64,000 nt of DNA, from positions 1-64,000 of the forward strand of contig JAHDYR010000031.1 of the NCBI GenBank assembly GCA_019828565.1. Direction: 5' to 3'. This DNA comes from Carpediemonas membranifera BICM (Eukaryota > Protista > Fornicata). Shown piece after piece: positions 1 to 11,735 of this stretch (positions are counted from its first letter, which is position 1; the number at the start of each line of letters is the position of its first letter). The position numbers and the translations under genes are program-made. The notes under the pieces are model-generated. The model saw only the letters and a list, made by a program, of their open reading frames with translations. It searched no databases and was not told the origin of the DNA.

Positions 1-686
1 CCCGCAAGGCTCACGTATTGCTAAGGTTGTGTTGTTACACAAACTTTGACCAGCAGCACCTCACAACCGCTTTGAGTACTTGCTGGTCAATTTCATGATG
101 GCATGCTATACCTTCTTCACGTTGCGCTGTTTGACGTCTTTGACTCAGACCCAACTGGCCTGTCCATCAAAAAGCTTTCCGGAAATGCGTTCAACCACAT
201 CATCGTCGTCTTCATGCAGTCGTAGTTCGAAAACACCGGACTTCCTCGATGAGCTGAAGTTGAAACCTGGCGTCTCGATGGGAAGGGTTTGTTGCGAAGA
301 ACGTCCGAGATTGGGCTGAGACGATGGGGTGACTGTGGCCATATCGACGGAAACCCAAGGTTGTCCATGCTCTCGTGCAAGAGTCTCTCGCCCAGTCCGT
401 TCGGAGCTAACCAGCGCGATCAGATCCGTCCTGTCGAGACTCAATATTCCTGTGCCAGATAATCTCGACTCCCCGAGACTTTAATCTCCTGTGTGCCCGA
501 TATCAATGACCCGGAGAGATTTGTGGGCAAGTGCAGAGAACAGTTGAAATCCCCAACCCTGCCACCCCTGCCCCTAGCACACGTGAAGCAAGAGCTTTGC
601 GTGAAAAGTGAGCCTTTCCTGCACTCATCGTCCGGTCCCACTTCGGTTCCTCTCCAGCTTCCCCTCAAGCGCCTCGCGAGTCGATT

Positions 687-1238
687 GTGCTGCACGATGT
701 TCACCGTGTCGCGATGAGTGTCGATCAGAGGCTCGCCACCGTGGAGGCACGTCTGGCCAGCCAAGGGGACAACGATGACGATGTGTCTGAGGTCGGTGAT
801 GATTCTTTCTCGATTCTCGACATTCAGAATAGGCTGCTTTGTTTCTGTTGCGGCCATTGCCACAGTCTGGACTGGATCGACAATCGCGTGACGTCAAAGT
901 TTGTGACTTGCCAGGAATGCAAAGTGAACTTCCACGACAACTCACGCTGTGTCCCTCCCCGGCCTAAGACTGGAAAGAACAAGAACTGGGCCGAGTCCAC
1001 TAAGGGTCGCTGGAAATACACGTGTAGCTATTGCCTCAATGAGAAGAAGTGTTACGCATGCCGACGCAACGACTCAGCCGTGCACTGTAGGCAGTGCGGG
1101 CACTGGTTCTGTAACTCTGCCAACTGCGTACAGATGGAGCTGCTGAAGATTGTCATCTGTGGCAAGTCGATTCCCAAGATTCGGCTCTGTCCCGACTGTT
1201 ACTCGTCGTACGAATTGGTGATCCAGAACAGTGAGTAA
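687..1238 (+). CDS. Multi-zinc-finger protein (PHD-like finger plus a second Cys-rich finger)
   Basis: CxCC..CxxC...FH...C...W..CxxC pattern (CFCCGHC / CQECKVNFHDNSRC / WKYTCSYC) resembles a C4HC3 PHD finger. It is followed by CYAC, CRQCGHWFC and CPDC. Start uncertain (first ATG at 714). Confidence 0.6.
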   Translation: MLHDVHRVAMSVDQRLATVEARLASQGDNDDDVSEVGDDSFSILDIQNRLLCFCCGHCHSLDWIDNRVTSKFVTCQECKVNFHDNSRCVPPRPKTGKNKNWAESTKGRWKYTCSYCLNEKKCYACRRNDSAVHCRQCGHWFCNSANCVQMELLKIVICGKSIPKIRLCPDCYSSYELVIQNSE

Positions 1239-1700
1239 ATGAAGACATTGCTTGTTATTGAGTTGACCACTGTGGCAATGTTGATGCCACATGATGACAG
1301 ATGTGTGTACCCATGCGCCTGGCTGCCTTCTCCCGCCGTTCACCGTCTCCCCGTTCTCCAGGCGCTCTTCTCGGGCTCCTGTCCCCATGCCTTCGTTTCC
1401 CTGCCGCTCTCCCCTGCATCTTGCTCCCCGCCGTCTCTTTAAACACCTTCTTGATGCATTGCCCTGTGATGTGTTATTGAGGCTGTTCATCATGGTTGAC
1501 ATGCTTATTAAAGCCTGTTAGTTCCAAATCATCCTTTAGTGACGGGCATTCTCACTCTGCATTGCCGAGAAAAAGAGTTGATGTTGATTAGATGGTGACG
1601 AATGCATTACCGGACATTTGACGCGCACAACCTGCTTAATACTGCATAAACGCATCGCTGATCGCTTTCTCTTCTGTTCTTCAACGCCCAAGGAGCGGCT

Positions 1701-1729
1701 TCCAGGTCGGCAACGGTTGCCGACCTGGA
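1701..1729. repeat. 29-bp palindrome TCCAGGTCGGCAAC-N-GTTGCCGACCTGGA (also at 2798, 7635, 8731, 13918, 15015)
   Basis: Perfect 14-bp arms around one central base, read directly in all six R copies. Confidence 0.95.
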
Positions 1730-1859
1730 CCCGTGCAGTTTATGCTTTTTCGGCCAACCGACGAATTCAAGCTTGGCCAAGACACATACTGTGTACAAGG
1801 ACCCTGGCAGGCTAGTTACGCCGCTCAGCCTCTGCATCCAGTTGATAATCACTCGCCAT

Positions 1860-2417
1860 TTACTTCTGGTGCTTTTCCTGCTCTCTCTTCTCCATCACGT
1901 CGTCATACTCGGCCCTCGTCAGCCTCACAGTTGTCATCCCGGCATCACGGATGTGCTCAAAGGCCTCAACGGGCAGCTTCGGCATCCCGTCCTCGCTGTC
2001 GCTGCTGCTGCCCAAGTCTGACTCGCTCTCGTGATAGCGGCGAAGGCGAATGCGTCTGCTGGGCTCCCTGGTCTTCATAGCGTCATAGAGCGGAGCGAGC
2101 CCACTTCCATTGGCCCCGCTACGGACACCCTCATCGGTATCTCTCTCAGACATATCACACTCAACCTGTTGTGACTGAAGAAATGACAGGTTGTCGACGA
2201 GGCTATCCTCGGCATCGCTGTCTGAACTCTCCTCATCCTCCCACTCTCCTTCCAGCATCTCCAACCCGGCCTCATCGTCAAACTCGCCCTCCACTGCGGT
2301 CTCCGGCATCTCTGCCTCGCCAGCTGTCTCGTCAAACAGCGCCTCATCGTCAGACTCACCCTCCCCGTGTCGACCCCCATCGGGATTACGCTGGTCGTGG
2401 AGCTGGACCATCCTCAT
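1860..2417 (-). pseudogene. 5'-truncated copy of the acidic C-terminal part of the 4323->2958 gene
   Basis: 185-aa D/E-rich ORF nearly identical to the 3' part of the longer gene. Upstream homology is lost near 2455. Confidence 0.6.
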
Positions 2418-2457
2418 CCTGAGCTTTTTGTAAAGCCACCAGGTCGGCAGAGCTTAA

Positions 2458-2515
2458 GGTAATCCTGGCGCCCTCATCCTGGCGCCTCATCCCTGGCGCC
2501 GTCATCCCTGGCGTC
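2458..2515 (-). repeat. Four tandem GCGCCAG(G)GAT(GA) units (also at ~7946-8002 and ~14229-14286)
   Basis: Directly visible short tandem repeat just upstream of each truncated acidic ORF. Confidence 0.85.
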
Positions 2516-2957
2516 CTCTCCCCTCATAAATCTGAATCATCTTCTTGTCTTGCTCCCGATGTTGTCATTGCTGTTTTCGTGTCCACAAGCATTCCAGTCT
2601 CATTATAATGTTTATTCAGTACCAAATCATCCTTTAGTGACGGGCATTCTCACTCTGCATTGCCGAGAAAAAGAGTTGATGTTGATTAGATGGTGACGAA
2701 TGCATTACCGGACATTTGACGCGCACAACCTGCTTAATACTGCATAAAAGCATCGCTGATCGCTTTCTCTTCTGTTCTTCAACGCCCAGGAGCGGCTTCC
2801 AGGTCGGCAACGGTTGCCGACCTGGACCCGTGCAGTTTATGCTTTTTCGGCCAACCGACGAATTCAAGCTTGGCCAAGACACATACTGTGTACAAGGACC
2901 CTGGCAGGCTAGTTACGCCGCTCAGCCTCTGCATCCAGTTGATAATCACTCGCCATT

Positions 2958-4323
2958 TACTTCTGGTGCTTTTTCCTGTCTCTCTTCTCCATCATCGCCG
3001 TCATACTCGGCCCTCGTCAGCCTCACAGTTGTCATCCCGGCATCACGGATGTGCTCAAAGGCCTCAACGGGCAGCTTCGGCATCCCGTCCTCGCTGTCGC
3101 TGCTGCTGCCCAAGTCTGACTCGCTCTCGTGATAGCGGCGAAGGCGAATGCGTCTGCTGGGCTCCCTGGTCTTCATAGCGTCATAGAGCGGAGCGAGCCC
3201 ACTTCCATTGGCCCCGCTACGGACACCCTCATCGGTATCTCTCTCAGACATATCACACTCAACCTGTTGTGACTGAAGAAATGACAGGTTGTCGACGAGG
3301 CTATCCTCGGCATCGCTGTCTGAACTCTCCTCATCCTCCCACTCTCCTTCCAGCATCTCCAACCCGGCCTCATCGTCAAACTCGCCCTCCACTGCGGTCT
3401 CCGGCATCTCTGCCTCGCCAGCTGTCTCGTCAAACAGCGCCTCATCGTCAGACTCACCCTCCCCCGTGTCGCCCCCCCTCGGGCTTACGCTGGTCGTGGA
3501 GCTGGACCATCCTAATCCTGAGCTTGTTGTAAAGCCAGTCATCGAGCGTCGGCGGCACCAGGTCAGCAGAGCTTCGGATCTCCGGGTTGAGATCGAGGAT
3601 CGTTGGGCGCCGCGTGGTCGTTAAGTGACTGGACGCCAACTGGTGCCTGAACTGCTCATCGGTCAGGCTGATGCGCTTGTCCTTAATGACCTTCTGAGGC
3701 TTCTCCCGCGGTCTGCCGCGGCGCTCTAGCGTGCCGATAGACTGCATCCTATCGGTGGACACGTCGATCCGCTGCGCAAAGCGAAGCATGCGAACCGTCA
3801 ACCCCTGAACCTTGAGCGCCTCCGATACAGCACTGGCCTGCGGGAATCCCGATTTGAGCGTGCCAAAGCCCATCCAGCTCGGGCACGAGGTAAGGTCTAT
3901 CGCATCGGGGAGATTACCTTGGAGATACGAATACTCCCAGCCCGTCTGGTTGAGCAGAATGGCAATGGCGCCATACGGGCTGGGGAGACTCTCAACTGAT
4001 GCAGGCGACACCTCTTCCTCCTCTTTCCAGGACAACGGCTTCGCGGGGTGTGGCAAGTCGAAGTTCCGGAAAGACTGAACAGCCGAAACGATCTTCTTCT
4101 GCGTCCCCAGAGGCTTCTCAGCGAGGTACCGGCGCAAATGGGTTACCAGCTCGTCACTACGAACAATCGCGATGCCCTTCTGGATATCTGTGGCGGTTTC
4201 CTGACAAATTCTGGCCAAAACGTCTTTCAGAAGCTTGTTGTAGTTCGTACGCGATTTGGTTGGAACATTCTTCAACCAACGCTTCATGATATCTTCGTCT
4301 ATTGCCGCTACAGCCTCCATGGG
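2958..4323 (-). CDS. Degenerate tyrosine-recombinase-fold protein with an AT-hook and a long acidic tail (homopolymer frameshifts at ~3475 and near the 3' end)
   Basis: Probable start MEAVAA at 4323. SRTNY helix, AIAILLNQTGWEYSYL (box I-like, lacking Arg), LTVRMLRF (HxLR-like) and RRGRPR (AT-hook). The ORF runs into RMVQLHDQRKPEG, the start of the acidic ORF, across a C-run indel. Confidence 0.5.
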
Positions 4324-5449
4324 ATGAGTTTTTGCTGCTTCAGTTTGGATTGCTATTCCAGAATTTCGACCATACAAAACTCTAAAGTATTGGGAATTGA
4401 CCCAAACTGAGCTCAGATACGTGATCTGGGGGCCTGAGTGGGTGAATGGGGACCTTTCATTTTTTAAAAGTGTTGTTACACTCCCAGATTTAATGATAAT
4501 CTCCGGTGCTGGAAGTAATTCTGAAATGGCGATCCAAATGCAATTATTATTCTGAAAACCGAATCCATGGTGCTGCCATTCTCTATTCGCTCTAATAGGT
4601 ACCCAGGCCAGGTTTTGTACACCCTCCCGCTTGCCTCGGAATTCGGACATGCCGAAATTCTGAAATTCGAATACCACCGCCCATTTTTGACGTATGAGAT
4701 CAGTATCCCATGCCAAACCTCAGGACGGCATTCGTGTACCTTTTCCTGCCCTGTATCCATTAGATAACCACCCACTTTCCTTTCACAATGTGCACTTTAT
4801 GCTCGCAACGAGATTGAAATGGCGAACTTAAGAATAGAAAGAATACTGGCGGCTTTAACGTAGTAGGCATGTGTACAACACTAAGAAACATCAGTATGCG
4901 GGCGCAGAGCATCATTAAAGCAACAATTATCCCTAAACAACATCAACAACTATAAGTCCACCAGGACCATACGATATGAACTATAAATGGAGCATAGATC
5001 AGTACAGCTGATTTGAAAGTACCAGGCATGGCCAGAATACCGCAATTATCGTCCGTTGATTCACGTGACCTCCATCTTGGTCGGTATCCAGAGAACCTCC
5101 GTCAGACGCTTGCAACGGAACATTTAGGGGGAGCATCCTGAATGGGGCCAGATTTGAGGGACCCTTGGTCTGACATGCCATGACCGAGTACTCTAGGGGC
5201 CTCCACAGTGCGTCCCGAGGTACGTTATAGCACCACAGACTTGGTGTGTCTTAGCCTGCACCGCCCGAAAGCTCGTCGGATCACTCCCCATACGTTATAT
5301 CGCCATTCAGTCCACATAATGGATGTTTTCGGAGCGATTATATCCCCCGTTTGTATGGTATAACGTTTCCGACACCCCGTTGCCTACGGTTACTGGCAAT
5401 TTTCTCATCTCTGTTATATGTCCATTATTGGGATATAACGAAGAGAAGA

Positions 5450-7434
5450 ATGACGTTCGAATTCCTTCACGAGTGGATCGAGAGCACCTCAGATGATGTG
5501 ATTGAGGCCGTTATCACCGAATTCAAGGAGAAGAAGACAAACAAGGCGAAGAGTGCCGTTCTTCGGGACAAATTGCTCGACGAGAACGATATCTTCGATA
5601 TAGTCGTCAAGAACGGTACGTAATTGGTGCAAATGTTTATATAGGGATCAACTTTAACCACCTGTGCTCATATTTCGAGATTCAGGGCGAGAAGAAGGCA
5701 GAACTCGAGGCATTGCTGTCTCAGCAGGTGCAGGATAAGACCTCGAACGAGAACATCGAGGCAACCTTCACGGAGAAGGAGATGAAGGCGTTTGAGTCGG
5801 CCGCTGTCACAGCCTTCAAGAACTCCAAGAGGGCTGAGTATGCCAAGGAGAATGAGGGCGCGCGTATCGAAAAAGAGGCGCTGAGTGTCAAGGTTCGGGC
5901 GTGGCGCAACGCGACATCCACCAACGCGCTTGTGCGCGACCATGTCACAGCAATGGTTGCCAGGGTGCGCAGCAAGGAGGCAGACCTTGCTTACATGAAG
6001 CACTCCTGCCGCTCGTACTTCGAAGAGTACATCATCGCCCTGGAATGGTTGGAGACCCCCGCGGGAGAAGGTACGCCCCTGCTCCCCCCAGGTACTGGCG
6101 CTATCATCGATTACTATCACAAAATTGTTCGAGGATACAAGAAGAGAGTCAAGCAGTTGAGGAAGAGCTTGACGGCAAAGAGTGAGGAAGTCATCACGCT
6201 GCATCGACGCCTTCTGCAGCAGCAGGCTGAGCGAGAGGCAGCCTATGACGCTGACAAGTCCATGGATGCATCACTCCCATGCAGCCCCATCCCGCCACAG
6301 TCTGGCACAGTCTCCAGGACTTCCTGTCCCCGACGCGATACGGACGAGGCGCAGGCAGCCATGTCTGTGAAGCGCAAGGCCCTCATCATCACGCCCGAGA
6401 AGGCCAGGCCAGAGGACTCGGAGGAGGAGTCAGAGGAGGAAGAGGAGCCAGTGGAGGAGGTCGAGTCAGAGGAGGAAGAGGAGCCAGTGGAGGAGGTCGA
6501 GTCAGAGGAGGAAGAGGAGCCAGTGGCGGATGAGTTGATGGAGGAGCTGCACTTTGGCGACCTCGAGGGCGGCAACTCCGGCGACGACGAGGATGTTTGC
6601 TCAGCGTCTGCACAAGCAACCGCTCCGAATGACCTGGCAGACCCCATAGACCTCAACTTTACGCCTGAGATGAAGGATATCATCGCACAGCACTCTCCGG
6701 CCAAGAGTAAGTCAGAGGAGGAGCAGGAGGAAGAGAAGGCCGAGTCAGACGAGGAGGGTGGGGCAGAGGAGGAGGGTGAAACCGAGGAGAGCGGAAGAGT
6801 GGTCAACGCCAGGTCTGACCCAACCCGCTACAACCGAACTGTGGCATTCGACATGATCATCACGACAAGGCTTCCGAGTTCAGGTTGGCCTACGTATCCG
6901 ACCCTGGGTTATGGGAACTGCATCATTCACTGCCTGATGATGATGTCGGGTCTGAGAACATTTACTGCGTTCAGACGCAAATTGCCCTTGTCGCAGAAGC
7001 TCAAGGCTGAGGATGAGGCGACAGCTTACCGCCAGACGCTCCTCGCCCACGCAAGGACCATGGCCGTATTCTCAAAGATGACAGAGATAGAGCTTCTGGA
7101 TGAGCTGTTTCCTGAGCACGTCAATAGTGACGGGACAGTGACGAGATGGGCATGCGTTGAAGCAATCAGAGTGTGGACTTCGATGACAGGGAAGCCGACC
7201 ATGCTTGTCAACATTGATGAGAAGATGATCACGCACATTTACCGTAACGAGAAGGGCAATGCATTGACAGTGCGGCGTCCCTTCGATGGCGATCAGAGTA
7301 GAGCGCTGGAGAGTTTTAGGGCGGAGTGCGCCAGGCTCGACATCAACTACGTGATACAGTTGATGGGTCGACATGCAACTTTGCGGAAGGTCTCAAAGCC
7401 GACCCAGGTGAAGATTAGGAGACGTAAGAACTAA
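5450..7434 (+). CDS. Coiled-coil/acidic protein with a C-terminal OTU-like cysteine protease domain; 29-nt intron 5616-5644
   Basis: The intron GTACGT...TATATAG joins the 5450 exon in frame to the 573-aa ORF. TLGYGNCIIHCL (Cys box), WA and GRHAT (His box) match the OTU motif order. Confidence 0.65.
6427..6526 (+). repeat. 36-bp coding tandem repeat (ESEEEEEPVEEV, ~2.7 copies)
   Basis: Directly visible. Confidence 0.9.
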
Positions 7435-8048
7435 ATATGACATGAAGTATTCGGTAATTTGATCGGTACTATTAACTAGGAGTCTGTTCATAGTCACAAG
7501 TGCAACATCACTCACGTCACGTGAATTAGCGAGGATATATTAGTTCACACCAGTGTTTACCCGTCTATGTTGCATTGTTAACACGTATCATTGAAACTGT
7601 GACCAACTTTGGTTGCGAGCATAAACTGCACGGGTCCAGGTCGGCAACCGTTGCCGACCTGGAAGCCGCTCCTTGGGCGTTGAAGAACAGAAGAGAAAGC
7701 GATCAGCGATGCTTTTATGCAGTATTAAGCAGGTTGTGCGCGTCAAATGTCCGGTAATGCATTCGTCACCATCTAATCAACATCAACTCTTTTTCTCGGC
7801 AATGCAGATGAGAATGCCCGTCACTAAAGGATGATTTGGTACTGAATAAACATTATAATGAGACTGGAATGCTTGTGGACACGAAAACAGCAATGACAAC
7901 ATCGGGAGCAAGACAAGAAGATGATTCAGATTTATGAGGGAGAGGACGCCAGGGATGACGGCGCCAGGGATGAGGCGCCAGGATGAGGGCGCCAGGATTA
8001 CCTTAAGCTCTGCCGACCTGGTGGCTTTACAAAAAGCTCAGGATTAGG

Positions 8049-8600
8049 ATGGTCCAGCTCCACGACCAGCGTAAGCCCGAGGGGGGCGACACGGGGGAGG
8101 GTGAGTCTGACGATGAGGCGCTGTTTGACGAGACAGCTGGCGAGGCAGAGATGCCGGAGACCGCAGTGGAGGGCGAGTTTGACGATGAGGCCGGGTTGGA
8201 GATGCTGGAAGGAGAGTGGGAGGATGAGGAGAGTTCAGACAGCGATGCCGAGGATAGCCTCGTCGACAACCTGTCATTTCTTCAGTCACAACAGGTTGAG
8301 TGTGATATGTCTGAGAGAGATACCGATGAGGGTGTCCGTAGCGGGGCCAATGGAAGTGGGCTCGCTCCGCTCTATGACGCTATGAAGACCAGGGAGCCCA
8401 GCAGACGCATTCGCCTTCGCCGCTATCACGAGAGCGAGTCAGACTTGGGCAGCAGCAGCGACAGCGAGGACGGGATGCCGAAGCTGCCCGTTGAGGCCTT
8501 TGAGCACATCCGTGATGCCGGGATGACAACTGTGAGGCTGACGAGGGCCGAGTATGACGACGTGATGGAGAAGAGAGAGCAGGAAAAGCACCAGAAGTAA
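8049..8600 (+). pseudogene. Truncated acidic ORF copy
   Basis: Same D/E-rich peptide as 1860-2417. Confidence 0.6.
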
Positions 8601-9145
8601 ATGGCGAGTGATTATCAACTGGATGCAGAGGCTGAGCGGCGTAACTAGCCTGCCAGGGTCCGTGTACACAGTATGTGTCTTGGCCAAGCTTGACTTCGTC
8701 GGTTGGCCGAAAAAGCATAAACTGCACGGGTCCAGGTCGGCAACCGTTGCCGACCTGGAAGCCGCTCCTTGGGCGTTGAAGAACAGAAGAGAAAGCGATC
8801 AGCGATGCGTTTATGCAGTATTAAGCAGGTTGTGCGCGTCAAATGCTTGGTAATGCCTTTCCCCGCAAGCTAATCAACATCATCATTCTTTCTCTTCCGT
8901 ATTAATGCGAGCGAACAGCAATAAAGACCATTTGGCACTAACTTAACACTACAATGAGACTGGCAAGCAATGGGAGCACAGAGACAGTAACAACATCAAG
9001 AAGACCTCTCGATTTACGAGAGGGGCCGAAACGCCGCTGAAGAGGCCGCGGGACAAGATGCCAGGGAACGAGCGCATGGAGGGTGCCTGAGCTGCAGCTT
9101 AGCTTGCTTATTATTGATTTATAAACGGGTCGAATTCTGAGAACG

Positions 9146-9853
9146 ATGTCGGAAGAAACGATCGTAATCCCCTCGGAGGGTTCTAGCATGTCTCGTCATG
9201 ACTATGAGCTGCTGTTTGACAAAAATACCGGCAGACTTGAAGGATATTGACTGGAAGCAGGAGGGTAGCTCGTTCCTGGACCGGGACATCACGATAGCGG
9301 CCAACGGTGTCTCCAAGAGCGTACAGCTGTACATGACTGATCAGCGCACGCTATATGGAGGCATCGCTGGCAAGGGCATCGCGTCTCGTGCCGAAATCCC
9401 TGCGAAGAGCATCATCGGCCTGTACTGCGGCCGACTGATCGACTTCCAGCCGGATGACCCCACGTACTGCACTCGCGTTGGCACGACGAAGTTCGCTATG
9501 GATGCGTCTTCACTGATGGGCAAGCTTGGAGTCCACACGGTGAACGACAACTCTGCTGTTTGTAACATGCCTCTCCCCCAATTATTTAGTACCACAATGT
9601 CAGTGCTCTTCTGTGCCATGTTTGTGTGGAGGATGCAGTCTTGCCTGTCATTGTATATGAAGCAAGCGTTGACATTCGTCCGTTTGAGTTCCTCTCGGTC
9701 GCCTACGAAGATGACTATTGGGCTGACCCCTTTGCTTGCCGGCCTCTCGTTGTCGCTGACTTCGAGACACTGCTGACCGACAAAGAGATGACGAAGGAAG
9801 GCAAGTTGACCTTGGCATTGCAGTTCTTCGACAAGGTATCCACGAAGAAATAA
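9146..9853 (+). CDS. Small SET-domain lysine methyltransferase-like protein; 32-nt intron 9558-9589; A-run frameshift at ~9222
   Basis: GKGIASRAEIPAKSIIGLYCG, HTVND and (after splicing) ASVDIRPFEFLSVAYEDDYW are SET motifs. The GT...TTTAG intron joins the two ORFs in frame. The start is ATG 9146 if the A5 run is really A4, otherwise 9198. Confidence 0.75.
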
Positions 9854-10113
9854 ATATCTGTCTGATTGAGTGATAGTCAAGCGCCACGGGTGATACTACG
9901 TCCGCCAACCTTACCTTGCCTTTAAGTATGCCAGTACAAAGCACTCACGTGTTACCTTACCATGTAAACAGAGAAATGTGGCATTTATCAGTTGAAGCAA
10001 CGCCCAGCCCACATCAATATGGGCTGTAGGTTACGTTTCTGCTGTCTCTAGACGCGCAGTGATCTCACTTACCACCGAACATTTCTTTAGAATTTCGTTC
10101 TGAAGAAACCGAT

Positions 10114-11044
10114 ATGAGCTCTGGGGCGAAGGATTCAGCAGGATACGCCAGCATGATGTTTGAAGCGCTACTGAGGATGATTCCGAAGCTGCAGGAGTAC
10201 ATCGCGAGGTACCGTGGTGACGGTGGCGAGATGGATCCGGCTATGCTTTTGCAAGCGATCCTACATCGTGTTCCTGATCTTCACCACGCTGATAAGAGAC
10301 ATATACGCGAGCTGTTGGCAGCTCGAAACTCAATCTGCCACAATCGCGATGTTTCCAGTGCTGCCGATTTTGCATCCTTTGAGATGTCGGTCACATGCGT
10401 CATGTCGTTTGTGACGCAGAAGGTGGGCCGTGATGACGGCTTCAATGCCTTCATGGAGGCTCTGCACAACGAGGCGAACGGGGGGCCGACCAGGACGCGA
10501 GTTCACCCGCAAGCCCCTTCCCGCAGGGGCTCCCAGCCTGTCAAGATAGTCGAGAAGCGGGTTGAGGTACCTGTTTACATGACTGCGCTGGGTCCTGATC
10601 CTGATAAGCCGAGGATGGTGGGAAAATGCCAGCAGTTTTCGCCACAGGGTGAGCATGCAGAGACTCAGACTGTGCGAGACCTAGAGGAGGCGTCTACTCA
10701 GACAGAGCTCTTGGTTGAGCCTGTTAGTACCCTGCGCACGGATGAATTATCTCGACGCGTCGTCAAGACCGCGATGTGCGATCTGCTTCGACAGAAGCTG
10801 AAGGAGAAAGCCACCGATCGTATTAGCAGGGTCATGCGTTGTGTGCGGTGAGTCCGTGGACGATAGAGAGTGGGCCTGCACGCGACGTGGCACCAAGACG
10901 CCGAAGTCTAGCTGCCGAGATTTGTTGAAGCAGGCCACTGTTGATGCTTCAGCCGCAAGAGCAACAAAGAAGGCGCACGACACACGTAAGGTATATTTGA
11001 CGGGAAAGGCAGTGGCCTGGCTTAACTCGCAGATGGAGAAATAA
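10114..11044 (+). CDS. HEPN (Swt1-like) domain protein with a C-terminal Cys cluster; A-run frameshift at ~10808
   Basis: Helical N-terminal domain with RNSICH (R-x4-H HEPN motif). The C-terminal CVVC...C...C is in frame in the second copy. Confidence 0.6.
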
Positions 11045-11076
11045 AAGATTCAGAGTCAATGGATATGTTTACAGCT

Positions 11077-11735
11077 TCAGTCATTCCATCTGTCGTCAGG
11101 GGTATCCAGATCGGACAGGGAGATGGGTCTTTTCAGACTCTGCATCCCCGCTTCGTGCAGGATACGGTTCGCGTGCCTGACTGTCATGGGGGGACTACCC
11201 CAGAGCGAATCAAGGTCCTTGGACATCCAGATAAGGGTCTCAAAGGCAGGGTGATCCACGGCAGCCTCTTGCATCAACTCCTGTAGCGCGGGTCTAAGTC
11301 ACGTAGGTCTGCGACATACGATCCCAGCCGGCAGAGAGCAACGACTAGGGCGAGCTGACGGTGGGACTCGGCAATGTCGTACTTCAGAGCACCCGTGAGC
11401 TTGTCGTACTCTTCCTCAGTCAGCACCTGGCGTGCCGGAAGCGTGTGAGTCCTTATCCTGCAAATTAGGTCGGTTTCGGCACCAGCAGTGCGAAGAAGGC
11501 GAACGAGAGCCTGTTGAGGCATCGAGATGGACTTGTACCGTCCAAAACGGCAACAGAAGGACAGAGAGTCCAGAAACTGTTCGAATACGTCACTATTTTG
11601 TCGGATCTCTGTGATAATAACAACATCAGCATCCTCATCGTCGCACTCAAGGTAAACGCACAGTTTTTGATATGTCTGCTTGTATTGCTCCTTCGTAGAG
11701 CGCTTCAGTCCCTCTAGAGCGTGCTTCAGCAGCAT
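11077..11735 (-). CDS. Second degenerate tyrosine-recombinase-fold protein; 26-nt intron 11319->11294
   Basis: RSTKEQY, VLTEEEYDKL and LALVVALCRLG resemble the integrase core-binding domain and catalytic-domain start, but no HxxR or Tyr is evident. The intron GTATGT...ACTTAG joins the 153-aa and 66-aa ORFs in frame. Confidence 0.5.

Larger units (their letters stand above)
1615..2843. repeat. Left arm of a ~1.2-kb inverted repeat (partner 7618-8845)
   Basis: Near-exact reverse complement of 7618-8845, differing by a few SNPs and homopolymer indels. Confidence 0.9.
1523..3575 (-). repeat. Two tandem copies (~1.1-kb period) of a unit made of an acidic ORF segment, the palindrome-bearing R segment and a spacer
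   Basis: 1523-2450 is nearly identical to 2622-3570. The same unit occurs on the + strand at 7618-8845 and 13819-15129. Confidence 0.9.

Noticed and set aside
4324-4716. N-terminal extension of the 420-aa ORF
   Set aside because: AT-rich, promoter-like composition; the ATG at 4323 is the more plausible start.
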